A DNA stretch of 64,000 nt from contig NC_086108.1 of the NCBI RefSeq assembly GCF_963921235.1, forward strand, positions 111,912,001-111,976,000, in the 5' to 3' direction. The number at the start of each line of letters is the position of its first letter. The first letter of the stretch is position 1. Made by a program: the position numbers and the translations under genes. Under the pieces are notes generated by a model. It saw only the letters and a list, made by a program, of their open reading frames with translations, was not told where the DNA came from and made no database searches. Shown here piece after piece: positions 52,751 to 64,000 of this stretch. Source of the DNA: Mobula hypostoma. Taxonomy: Eukaryota.

Positions 52751-53214
52751 GGTAGGGCTTTTCTCTTTGGGGCGAAAGAGGATGAAAGGTGATTTGATCG
52801 AGGTGTACAAGTTGATAAGAGGTGCAGATAGAACGGAAAGCCAGTCTTTTTCCCTGGGTAGAAATGGCTCAAAGGGGCACAATTTTACTGTATGTTGACT
52901 GGAAGAAATTATGGGGGTGTCAGAGGTAGGTTCTTTACCCAGAGAGCGGTGGTGTGTGGAACTCATTGCCAGGAGTGACGTTTGGAACACTTTTACTGGC
53001 AAACGATCATTGCCAATAATAGTCTGTAACTTCCCTTTGGACTTGAAGGCAATTCGACTGGGCAGAACCGAGGTGAGGTGACGGGCCGGTCACCGAGAGT
53101 GAGGAGGACCCAGAGTTCGATGGATTTAAGCGCTGTGTCGAAGGCTGAATCGAGGCAGCAAATTTTTTTTCAGAGGGTGGTAGTGGAGCCTAAGTCATTG
53201 GGTGTATTTAAGGC

Positions 53215-54580
53215 AGTTAGTCCGACTTCAGTGGTAGAGTCCATTGTTAAGGACGAGGTGCTGGAGAACTTGGTGACACAGGCCAAGAAGGTACAAAGTC
53301 AGCATGGTTTCCTTAAGGCTAAATCCTGCCTGCCAAACTATTGGAATTCTTTGAGGAGATTACAAGTAGGATAGATAAAGGGGATGCAGTGGATGTTGTA
53401 TATTTGGACTTTCAGAAGGCCTTTGACAAGGTGCAACACATGAGGCTGCTTACCAAGTTAAGAGCCCATGGTATTACAGGAAAGTTACTAAGGTGGTTAG
53501 AGCATCGGCTGATTGGTAGGAGGCAGTGAGTGGGAATAAAAGGATCCTTGTCTGTTTGGCTGACAGTGACTCGTGGTGTTCCGCAGGGGTCGGTGTTGGG
53601 TCAACTTCCTTTTATGCTATATATAACTGCCGTAGATGATGAAATAGATGGCTTTGTTGTCAAGCTTGCTGATGATATGAATATTAGTGTAGGAGCAAGT
53701 AGTATTGAGGAAACAGGTAGGATGCTGTAGGACTTGGGCAGATGAGGAGAATGGGCAAGAAAGTGGCAAATGAAATACAATGTTGGAAAATGCATGGTCA
53801 TGCACTTTGGTAGTAGAAATAAATATGTGGACTGTTTTCTAAACGTGGAGAAAATCAAAAAAGATCTGACTTTCAAAAGGACTTGGGATTCCTTGTGCAG
53901 GACACCCTAAAGGTTAACTTGTAGGTTGAATCAATGGTGAGGAAGGCAGACGCCATGTTAGCATTCATTTCAAGAGGTCTAGATTACAAGAGCAGGGATG
54001 TGATGCTGAGGCTTTATAAGGCACTGGTGAGCCCTTACGTTGACTATTGTGTACAGTTTTGGGCCTCTCATCTTAGAAGAGATGTGCTGGAATTGGAGAG
54101 GGTCCAGAGGAGGTTTACAAGGATGATTCCAGGAATGAAAGGGTTACCATACAAGGAACGTTTGTACTTGCTTGAATTTAGAAGGATGAGGGGGATCTCA
54201 TTGAAACCTTTCAAATATTGAAAGGACTACACAGAGTAGATGTGGAAAGGATGTTTCCCATGGTGGGAGAGTCTAGGACAAGAGGGTACAGCTTCAGGAT
54301 AGAGGGGCATCCATTCAAAACAGAGATGCGGAGAAATTTCTTTAGCCAGACAGTGGGAATTTGTGGAATTTGTTGCCACATGCAGCTGTGTAGGCCAAGT
54401 TGTTGGGTGTATTTAAGGCAGAGATTGATAGGTTCTTGATTGGACATGGCTTCAAAGGTTATGGGGAGAAGGCTAGAAACTGGGGTTGAGGAGGAGATAA
54501 AGGGGATTAGCCACGATCGAATGGCAGAGCAGACTTGATGGGCCAGATGGCCTCATTCCACTCCTGTATCATATGGTTTT
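53215..54580 (+). mobile_element. CR1-clade LINE 3' half
   Basis: VYLDFQKAFDKV, GVPQGSVLG and LERVQRRFTRMIPG. Confidence 0.88.
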
Positions 54581-55044
54581 CAGAGACATATGCATAGGTT
54601 AAGTAAGTGAAAAAGGGTCTGGCAGATAGAGTGACTATCCCTCGAGGTTGAGGATGATGGTCTTCGTTCTGAAGAAGTGGCCCACAGAGTGAAGACGCCT
54701 GTGTGAGTATTTGTTTAACGTGTACTTGATGTTGCACTCCAAGAAGCACACGATACTTCACAAATCAACCAACTGATTCCAATGGCATGGAAACCACGAC
54801 GATTGGAGCTGATCGATTTGTTGCAGCCTTCATCCGCCTTCACAGTCGATGAGTTCGAAGTAACTTCGTCCGCCTGTTCCACCGTTGAGGTCTTGGTTAG
54901 ATTGTTCTTTGTCAGGGACCTCACCCTCGACCTTACCGGCATGGGTGACCCTACCAGGAGCATAGCTCCAGACAGCATTGCTCTCGGGATCTCAGGACCA
55001 CACAAGCTTCTCCACCGCGACAAGGTGACAATCCACAGAGAAGA

Positions 55045-55862
55045 GCAAATAGAGTACAATGTCGGAAAATGCGAGGTCATGCACTCTGGAAGGGAAAATG
55101 TAAGAAAAGATTATTATTTAAATGGTAAAAATTGCAGCACGCTGCTGTGCAGACGGATTTGGGAGTTCATGTGCATGAATCACAAGAAGTTGGTTTGCAG
55201 GTGCAGCAGGCTATCAGGAAGCCAAATGGAATGTTGGCCTTCATTGCTAGAGGGATTGAATTTAAGAGCAGGGAGGTTATGCACAGGGTACTGGTGAGGC
55301 CACACCTAGAGTACTGTATGCAGTCCTGGTCTCCTTACTTGAAAAAGGATATATTGGCTTTGGAGGCAGTGCAGAGGAGGTTCACCAGGTTGATTCCAGA
55401 GATGATGGGGTTAGACTGTGAGGAGAGATTGAGTTGACTGGGACTGTACTCACTGGAATTCAAAAGAATGAGAGGGGATCTTATAGAAACATAAAATTAT
55501 GAGAGAGATAGATAAGATAGAGGCAGAAAAGTTGTTTCCACTGGTAGGTGAGACTAGAACTAGGGGACATAGCCTCAAGATTCAGAGGCGTAGTTCAAGA
55601 TGGAGATGAAGAGGAACTGCTTTTCCCAGAGAGTGGTGAATCTGTGGAAATCTCTGCCCAATGAAGCAGTGGAGGCTACCTCAGTAAATATATTTAAGAC
55701 GTGGAGGGATACATTTTTGCATAGTAGGGGAATTAAGGATTATTGGGAAAAGGCAGGTAGGTGGAGAAGTGTCCATGGTCAGATCAGCCGTGATCTTATT
55801 GAATGGCGGAGTGGGGCATGCTCGATGGGCAGATGGACGACTCCTTCTCCTATTTCTTATGT
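55045..55862 (+). mobile_element. CR1-clade LINE 3' portion ending about 90 bp before copy B exon 3
   Basis: NVGKCEVMH, LVRPHLEYC and AVQRRFTRLIP; 3' tail. Confidence 0.85.
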
Positions 55863-55949
55863 TTGTATTTTCAATTGATCATGCCTTGTAACATTCTGTA
55901 CATCCTGTTGTCTGTTGTCTGAACTGAGCTGTGTTTTACCCCTTATCAG

Positions 55950-56158
55950 GCAGCTTTACAACGTCTAACATTGAAAGCAGGCATATTCGAAGACAGTGGA
56001 TGAAATACACTTCAAGCATCGTGAAATTCCGATATATGGATGGAATTTATTTAGAGCTTCTGGAAATGGTTGAAAAAGGGTCTGATCAGTATCATAAAGT
56101 AACTGAGTTTGTTAAAGAAACTGCCTCATATTTCCACCAAGAGCTACCCGGATCTCAG
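55950..56158 (+). CDS. CTBS: CTBS-like copy B, exon 3 (degenerate GH18 catalytic motif)
   Basis: tatcag|GC AGC...TCT CAG|gtaaaa; 209 nt. Encodes (G)SFTTSNIESRHIRRQWMKYTSSIVKFRYMDGIYLELLEMVEKGSDQYHKVTEFVKETASYFHQELPGSQ. Confidence 0.9.
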
Positions 56159-56205
56159 GTAAAATGGTCAAATATTCAAGTTTTTTATGATGGGAACACT
56201 CTGCA

Positions 56206-56905
56206 TGCACTCGGTGGCCACTTTATTAGGTACATCTGTACACCTGCTCATTAATGCAAATATCTAATCAGCCAGTCACTGGGCAGCAACTCAAAGCATA
56301 AAAGAATGCAGACATGGTGAAGTTTCAGATGTTGTTCAGACCAAACATCAGAATGGGGAAGCAATCTGAGCTAAATGACATTGAGCTTGGAATGATTGGA
56401 AGTCTGGCTGGTAGCGTAGTGACATCAGTGCCGGACTTCGGAGCGAAGGCTCCCGAGTTCGAATCTGGCCGGTTCCTTTGCATGCTTTCCATCCGTGCTG
56501 GGTTGAGCGTCGAGCTAGCAACTTGGCCTCATAAAAATAAGAAAGCTTGCTAAAAGAAAAACGCCGTCGTGATGGTGTCCCGAGGACTCCACTCGGAGTT
56601 AAGGGCTTTCTTCTTTAGAATGATTGTTGGTGCCAGATTGGGTGGTTTGCGTATCTTAGAAGCTGCTGATCTCGTGGGATTTTTACACACAATAGTCTCC
56701 AGAGTTACAGAGAATGATGCACAAACAAAAAAACAAGACATCCAGTGAATGGCAGTTCTGTGGGCAAAAATGCCATGAGCGATCAGAGGAGAATGGCCAG
56801 ACTAATAGGAAGGCAGAGGTCAATCAAATAACCATGTTACAACAGTGGTGTGCAGAAGGGCATCACTGAATGAAAAACACATTGAATGTCAAAGTGGAGG
56901 GGCTA
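56206..56905 (+). mobile_element. Tc1/mariner-like DNA transposon 5' remnant
   Basis: TIR-like CACTCGGTGGCCACTTTATTAGGTAC (complementary end seen at about 30449-30477); degenerate transposase HTH start (MGK..L.D.E.GMIVGAR..G..I.E.A.L.GF...TVSRV). Confidence 0.65.
56399..56617 (+). mobile_element. tRNA-derived SINE with 9-bp target-site duplication
   Basis: B box GAGTTCGAATC at about 56455-56465; TSD GAATGATTG at 56390-56398 and 56618-56626. Confidence 0.75.
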
Positions 56906-57244
56906 CATTTTTGGAGGCACAAGGATGAATCATTGGAGGAGGAACCATCTCCCATTCTTCTGTACAGTTATCTGTTTCTACACCACCTTGAGGTACCAGT
57001 ATTGTCCCTTTCCTGTAATACGGTTCCTCAAAGCATGGTGACTGTGACTGTGATGATGGAGGCAGAACTTGCCCTGGTTATTACTGGATCAGGAAAACAG
57101 AAAATTTCAAACGTACCTCTGATATACTGAGGCCAGTGTCCAACACTGTCACAGTGTTGGTATGTGGGGAATTGTCTGCTGGAGATTATTTCCCAGTGTA
57201 AATAATAATATGAGACTGATTTCTCATTGTTCTTTGGCCCTCAG

Positions 57245-57416
57245 ATCTCCTTTCACGTACCTTGGTCACCACACTGCAAGAACGAACGATGTTATGACTT
57301 TTTAGCAATTTCACAAGCCTGTGACATTTTATTTGTGGCATCCTATGACATTCCAAATGACCTGCGGGATGGTTGTGTTGCAAGGTCAAGTGCTCCCTAT
57401 CACCGGGTTTTGTCAG
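57245..57416 (+). CDS. CTBS: CTBS-like copy B, exon 4
   Basis: cctcag|ATC...TCA G|gtaggt; 172 nt. Encodes ISFHVPWSPHCKNERCYDFLAISQACDILFVASYDIPNDLRDGCVARSSAPYHRVLS(G). Confidence 0.92.
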
Positions 57417-57493
57417 GTAGGTTCAATGAGACCCTCAACCTCACCCTCTCACAAAGCTGACTGAGATCCAATTTATACAATTTGTCCTTTCAG

Positions 57494-57591
57494 GAATGTC
57501 GGATTATATCAGACTGGGCATTGACTCCAGAAAGCTGGTGATGGGCGTTGCTTGGTACGGTTATGACTACACCTGCAAGCGCTTTCTCAGG
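57494..57591 (+). CDS. CTBS: CTBS-like copy B, exon 5
   Basis: tttcag|GA ATG...CTC AGG|gtaaga; 98 nt. Encodes (G)MSDYIRLGIDSRKLVMGVAWYGYDYTCKRFLR. Confidence 0.92.
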
Positions 57592-58178
57592 GTAAGAGGT
57601 GATATTATTGAGAAGACTATAAGACATAGGAGCAGAATTACCCCTCGACAAGCAGGTTCATCCAGAGGGGGTAGTGTCACTCAGCTTCACTCACCCCATC
57701 ACTGAGCTGTTCCCGTGATCCATGGAGTCACATTCAACTACTCTTCATCCCATCTTCATGATATTTATTGCTTATTTACTATTATTGTTTTTTTTCTTTT
57801 CTATTTGCAGTTTGTTGTCTTTTGCACGTTGTTTGTCCTGTTGGAAGTGGTCTTTCATTGACTCTGTTGTGTTTCTCTGTACTTACTGTGAATGCCCACA
57901 AGAAAATGAAACTCAGTATAGCATACAGTGATATATATCTGTAGTATGATGATAAATTTTGTCTGAACTTTGAACTTTGATCATTTTCCCTTGTGCCATA
58001 ACCCTTCTCTGTCACCTGAATTCTTGATGATTTTGTGTGATAAATGTTTCTTCAATATCATACCTAATGACTCCGATGGAGTCACCGTAGACACCAATTA
58101 TACTTTCTGTGTATTTTTCATATTATCAGAGTGACTGTATTTACATCCACAATTTGTTTCTCTCTCTATATTTCTCAG

Positions 58179-58337
58179 GTGGGTGACTGTGAACTGGAAA
58201 TGACTTCTCGATCTGTCCCGTGTAGTTATACTGTAGCAAGACGGATCCCATACAAACTCGTCATGCAGAGTCTGCCGAGATCACTCACTGGCAGGTTCTG
58301 GGACGATGATTGGAAAGCCCCATATTTTGTCTACTTG
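58179..58337 (+). CDS. CTBS: CTBS-like copy B, exon 6
   Basis: tctcag|GTG GGT...TAC TTG|gtaaga; 159 nt. Encodes VGDCELEMTSRSVPCSYTVARRIPYKLVMQSLPRSLTGRFWDDDWKAPYFVYL. No plus-strand exon 7 was seen before 64000. Confidence 0.9.
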
Positions 58338-58724
58338 GTAAGATGATCTACAGAACACATTGGGGACCTGGGCATCAGAGCATTCCACCTACAATACAAA
58401 TACTCCAGTCTCGCAGACTGAATAAACTCTGTGTAAACAACTCCGCAAAGCACAAATCATCCGATCTGTTTGGTGGTAACTAGTTGATATCCTACAGTAT
58501 TGTCTAGAATCAAGTGTAGATAGAGAGACTGGAGATGAGAACTGAAATAGATATGCTCTCTTGGGTTCAGCAAAATTTTCCATTCATTCTTACTTTTTTG
58601 AGTTTGTCAATATTTTACCCCAAACACTGACCCTAATTTTGAGACACATCCACTGAATTGCAATGTTTAGATTGTTGAATGAAAATCTAAAACAAAACAC
58701 ACATTCTGCACCTTTTCTTCCATA

Positions 58725-59720
58725 GATCATAAGGCTGTAAGATGTAGGAACAGAATTAGACCATCCAGCCCATCGTCTGGTCCACAATTCCGTCCTCTCA
58801 AACACATTCTCCTGCCTTCACCTCACAATTTTTGACACCTTTATGAATCAAGAGCCTATCAACCTCTGCTTTAAATTTAAATATACCCACTGACTTGGCC
58901 TCCACATCATCTCTGGCAAATAATTCCACAAATTCATCATCCTCTGATTTAAGAAATTCCTCTTCATCTCTGCCCTAAAGCGATTTCCCTCAATTATGAC
59001 ATTGTGTCCTCTGGTTTTAGAGTTCCCACTGACGGAAACATTTTCTCCCATACACTCTATCTCAGCTTTTCAATATTTACTAGGTTTCAAAGAGATCCCT
59101 CCATTCTACTAAACAGAAGTGCGTACAGGCCGAGGGCCATCAAATGCTCCTCATACATTAACCCTTTCTTCCTGGGATCATTCTCATGAACCTTCTTTAG
59201 ACCCTCTCCAATGCCAGCACACCTTTTCTTTGATACTAGTCTAAGTTCATTCTGACTGACTCTTAATAATTCTTCATCATTACATCCTTGCTTTTATATT
59301 CTCGTTCTCTTGAAGTGATTGCTAATATTGCATTTGACCTTTCTCGCCACTGACTCAACCTGCAAGTTAACCGTGAGGGACTCCTGCACGAGGACTCCCA
59401 AGTCCCTTTGCGCTTCTGATCTCTGAATTTGCTCAGTTTAATGCCTTTATTCCTTCTATCAAAGTGCATGATCATACACTTCCCAACACTGGATTCCATC
59501 TGATACATCTTTGCCCAATGTTCTAATCTGGCTAAGTCCTCCTGCAGACTCCCTGCTTCCTCAACATCATCTGCCTCTCTATCTTCGTCTTGTCTGCAAA
59601 CCTGGCCATAAGCCCATCAATACCATCATCCAAATCATCGACATATAACATGAAAAGTATCTGTCCCAATATCAACTCCTGTGGAACAATGCCCCCTTTA
59701 TTCCCACCCGTTGCCTCCTG
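58725..59720 (-). mobile_element. CR1-clade LINE 3' portion (old)
   Basis: LFMLYVDDLDDG..RFADKTK and 3' tail. Confidence 0.75.
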
Positions 59721-59829
59721 CCAATCTCCCAAGTCACTGAAAAACTTCGAACCTTGCTCAGTATTCTTTCCATGTATGAAAGATATTTCTCTAAGCAGAT
59801 TGTGTCTTTCCATCTGCCCCTGTAAGACA

Positions 59830-62800
59830 TCCGTTAAAACAGGCAATTGATACACATCTGCCCTATGGCCCCCTATATTTTTCTCTTCCTTTCTTTAAAG
59901 TAAATATGATGAGTTCCTTGACGAGAATGGTTTGGACCCAAAGGTGGTGGTGGTAATGATGGATGAGAGCAGGATCCAAGATATCTCTGTCAGGCACTCA
60001 CCTCTCCTTGGGTCCGAATCCTTCCCAGTACACTAGGTATTGCCAAACACTTCCAATACTGCGCAAATCCAAAACCCTTCACCGTGAAGACCTGCTCCCC
60101 GTCGACAAACCTAAGTGATGGCGGGGCTGATGGTTGTGGGGTAAGGGGCTGGTACAGGCAGGTTGTAATTTAGAGATGAGGAAGGTGGGATTGATCTTTA
60201 CGTCTTGGGAAACCGCGAAGTGTAAGCCATCAGGTTTACTTACCTCAGGGTCCAATGAACTTGGGAGCCAACTTTCTAGATCCCAGTCAGAGATGCAAAT
60301 CATGAGTGGACAGCCAGATCTGTTGCCCAGGCTGTAAAACAGGTCCCTGTCTTCTCTTTTGGTTTGCCTTAATCTCCACTTTCTGGGGAGAGTTTAGCAA
60401 AGTCTCTCTTGCCCAAATCCATTTTTGCTTGCAGCATTGGATAAGATCTTCAGCCTTTTGTACCAGAAAGAGAGGCAGAGTATACCCAAAATTTCACCTG
60501 AATGGTATCATCCTGTGCGCCGAATGCCGTATGGTGTGATGGGCGACCTCTGCCCACATCGGATGGTCACACCACTCGTCAGGTTTTTCCGAGGCTAGAA
60601 ACGTTCTGGTTGGTCTGCTCCGGCTGATCGTTGGAGAAACCCCAGAGCAAAAGCTTTCTGTCGCCCCAACCAGCTTACAGAACGCCCTCCAGAAATGTGA
60701 TGTAAATTGTGGACCACAATCTGAGGCAATGTCCACCGGGAATCTGTGGACCATGAAGACCTGGTCCAGGACAATTCTGGCTGCCTTTGCTACAGATGGT
60801 AGCTTCTCCAAGGCAATGAACTTGCAGGCTTTCAAAAACCAATCAAGAACCACATTGATGACCAACTTCCCCTTGGTTGGTGGGAGACTCGAGGCAAAGT
60901 GCATGGAGGTGCGTGCCCAAAGCCTTTCTGGAACAGGTAGAGGGTGGAGGAGCCCTTGAGGTCGGTCACAGGGCTCCCGTTCCATGCAGACACCTCGTAT
61001 ATTTGCAGATACTGCCGAGCCTCTTTCTTCGTTCTGGGCCACCAATACCTACTGTTCATAAACTCGAAGGTCCTGGCAATCCCTGGGTGTGTGGTCATCC
61101 TCAAGGTACATCCTCATTGGAGTAAATGGGACTGGATGGAACTTGAGACGAACAGCTGACCCAGAGGACCATTCCTAGGAACCTCCCCTTGTGCTTGGGC
61201 CTTGCGAACAAGAGCTTTGATTCCCCAACAAATTGGCGCTACCACCCTGGCCAGGGGAAAAATGATGGTAGGCTGCTCCTCTCATTCCGGTTCATCAAAC
61301 TGACGGGACTGGGCATCTGGCTTCTGGTTTAACCCCGGTCTGTAGATCAGGATGCATTCAAAGTGGTTAAAGAATAAAACCCACCTGGCTTGCCTGGAAT
61401 TTTGCCTCTTGGCCTCCTGAATATAAGCCAGGCTCTTGTGGTTGGTAAGTCCAAGCAATAAAAGAGTTTGTGGCCCCTTCCAGCCAGTGACACCATTCCC
61501 CCAAGGCTAATTTAACCGCAAGAAGCTCCCAATTCCCAATGCCATGGATCCTCACTGCCGGGGTTAGCTGCCTGGAGAAGAATGCAAACAGGTGCAGTTT
61601 ACCGTCAAATGCTGATCATTGGGACAAGACAACACCCACTCCAATGTCTGAGGTGTCCCCTTCCATGATGAAGGGAAGGTCCGGGTTAGGAGAAACCAAG
61701 ACGAGAGCTGTTGTGAACCACTGTTGAAGCTGTGCAAAGGCAGCCTCTGCTTCAGTCGTCCAGACAACAGGACCCATGGATTTCTTAGTCAGCATTGTCA
61801 GCGAAGCTGCCACTGAGCTGAAGTTCCTGATGAACTTCTGGTAGAAGTTTGCAAACCCCAGGAATCACTGGACTTGCTTGACACTGGATGGTAGTGGCCA
61901 GTCTCTGACTGCCTGCATCTTGGTAGGGTCCAACTTGAGATTGCCATTGGAGATGATGAAACCCAAAAATGAAGCAGATGTCACGCGAATCACTGACTTC
62001 TCCAACTTGATGAAGCCCATGGTCTAGAAGCTTCTTTAAAATCTCTCTGAAGTAAGCACCGTGCCCCTCCACATACTCACAGAAGAGTAGGCTATCATCC
62101 AAGTAGACGAAGACATACTTGTGAAGAATATCCTAGAGCATGTCATTTATAAAGGCCTGGAAAACCGCTGGAGAATTTGCAAGGCTGAAGGGTATAACTC
62201 AGTAGCTGTAGTGCCCTGTCAGTGTACTGAGTGCAGTCTTCCACACATTGCTTTCCCTAAGACGGATCAGACTGTGTGCACTCCATGGGTTTAGTTTTGT
62301 GAATGCCCTTGCCCCTTGGAGCACCTCAAAGGCTGCATTCATAAATGGAAGAGGGTAACAATTCTTGGCCTTAATGCAGTTTAATCACCTATAATCAATG
62401 CACGGCCTCAGTCACACATCTTTCTTCTGTACGAAGAAGAAGCCTACACTGGCAGATGAGGTAGTTGGCTGAATGAAGCCTGCGGCACGAGCTTCCTTTA
62501 TATACTCCTCTGTTGCACTTCTCTCTGGGCCTGAAAGCACGTACAATCGACCCCGCGGGAGACAAGTACAGTAGCAGCAGGTTTATAGCATATTCGTAGG
62601 GTTGATGCAGTGAAAGAGTCAAGGCCTTTCCTTTTCAGAATACCATGCCGCAAGCAATCTCTTTTACAATCACTGGGCCAGGCAGTGATTCCCCCTTCCT
62701 CACGTCCACGGATGGGTCATGTTGGGACAGCCAAGGGTACGAGTGCAGAGTCAATAGTGTGAAACTAATGTCTTTCACATGACCGTCTATCCTCATCTGC

Positions 62801-63635
62801 AAACCCACCATCTGTTGCTGGACCTGCCTGGAACCTAGTGTTCAGCTGTGGAAGACAGTTGTGGGCGTGGACAGGCTCAGCTCTCATAGTGGTATGTCGA
62901 ACCAAGGGGCAGTTCCTAAATCCAGAAAATTAACCGCTGCCCCAGAGTCCACAAAAACCTTTACCTGCCACAAGTTCTTACCCCACATGAACTCTGCTTT
63001 TGGCACAAAACCAGAATCCTTGGGATTGGGCCTATGCCATCACTGTCCACCCAGCAATGGACGGCCTTAGCAGTTCTCCAGGTAGCTGCAGCTTCGGACA
63101 CTCAGCCTGCAGGTGACCTGCTTTCCCAGAGTAAAAGCAGCGACGTTGACTCCAACACCAGGCCCACTCATCGGCGGAGAGCCCATAGGTTTGACTGGAT
63201 TTGAGCAGGTGATGGGCTGGTCATGGTCTGAGGTTGGGGAGCAGAACTGCGTTATGTAGGGACCGGGTGTGGACTGGCTCTCTCTGACCTCCTGAAGTGG
63301 TCCCACTTTCACTGTGCCAGACGAGACGGACAGACTAGTGGATGAAAACTTCCAAGTTCTCAACCGACTGTCCCAAGGCAAGGGAATCCTCCAGCTCATC
63401 TTGGAGTCCGTGATGGTGCAGAGTGGCCAATGCCTCCCTGTTCCCAACCACTCTCCTGGGCCGAGGTCCGAAATTCAATCACATAGCTAGCCACTGACCA
63501 CTCCCCCACTCCCACCCCAGTAGAATCTTCATCAGACAGTCTGAGGCTCAGCTGGCTCCGGTGAGTTGATGAAACACCTTCATAGTGGCCCTGAATTCCT
63601 CCAAATCCAAACCAATCTCTGACCTGTGTCCCCAG
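59830..63635 (-). mobile_element. Degenerate Gypsy chromovirus (Sushi-like) LTR retrotransposon internal region
   Basis: Gag EFRT remnant at about 63470; protease VFVDSGAAVNF at about 62925-62960; RT VFVYLDD at about 62095-62116; RNase [19 protein letters not shown]; integrase HPG and IASDCGPQFTSHFW; chromodomain-like QYLVYWEGFGPKE at about 60005-60045. Confidence 0.85.
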
Positions 63636-64000
63636 TGAGCTCTCTTGCCAGAGGCCAGTTCCCCGTACAGCAGGTCTTTCTGGATCCTCCCATCTGACAT
63701 GCGGTGTACGTGGCCCAGCCAGCGGAGACGGCGTTGTTGGAGCAGGGTGAAGAGGCTGGGTATCTGGGTGCGGGCCAGGGCCTCATTGTTGGTGCCTCGG
63801 TCAGTCCACGTGATGTCCAGGATGCATCTCAGGCTGTGAAGGTGGAAGGCGTTGAGACGCCGCTCTTGTCTGTAGTAGAGGCTCCAGGTCTCGCTGCCGT
63901 AAAGCAGTGTGCTGAGGATGCAGGCCCTGTAGACTGCAACTTTGATGTACGTCATCAGCTTTCTGTTCTCCCAGACTCTCTTTGTCAGCCTGGCGAATGT
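63636..64000 (-). mobile_element. RTE-clade LINE fragment, inverted relative to 32748-33451, runs off window
   Basis: YRACILSTLLYGSETW and LRWLGHVHRM; about 16 mismatches over about 355 nt to the first copy by hand count. Confidence 0.9.

Noticed and set aside
1883..58337. A and B as a haplotype or assembly false duplication
   Set aside because: Exon 3 is only about half identical at protein level, and the introns have different sizes and TE content.

Overview
This is repeat-dense vertebrate genomic DNA; the CR1, Rex/Babar, RTE, Penelope and Gypsy content looks cartilaginous-fish-like (inference). Most of the window is decayed transposable element. Within it sits a small cluster of di-N-acetylchitobiase (CTBS, GH18)-like genes. 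Copy A is on the minus strand (exons 1-6, 20825->1883; exon 7 would lie left of the window). Copy B is on the plus strand (exons 1-6, 38733->58337). A lone minus-strand terminal exon 7 (31407->31210) lies between them. All exons are open, with GT-AG junctions and identical sizes in A and B (153/139/209/172/98/159 nt). In both copies the GH18 catalytic motif (vertebrate CTBS DGINIDIE, recalled) is altered, to DGIYLNVP in A and DGIYLELL in B, so these look like non-catalytic chitobiase-derived lectin-like proteins. Exons 2-3 are hypervariable between the copies, while exons 4-6 and flanking non-coding DNA are near-identical. Inverted RTE copies flank the segment carrying copy B exons 1-6, which suggests an inversion or an inverted partial duplication. 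TE boundaries are approximate and family calls come from recognised motifs, not database searches.
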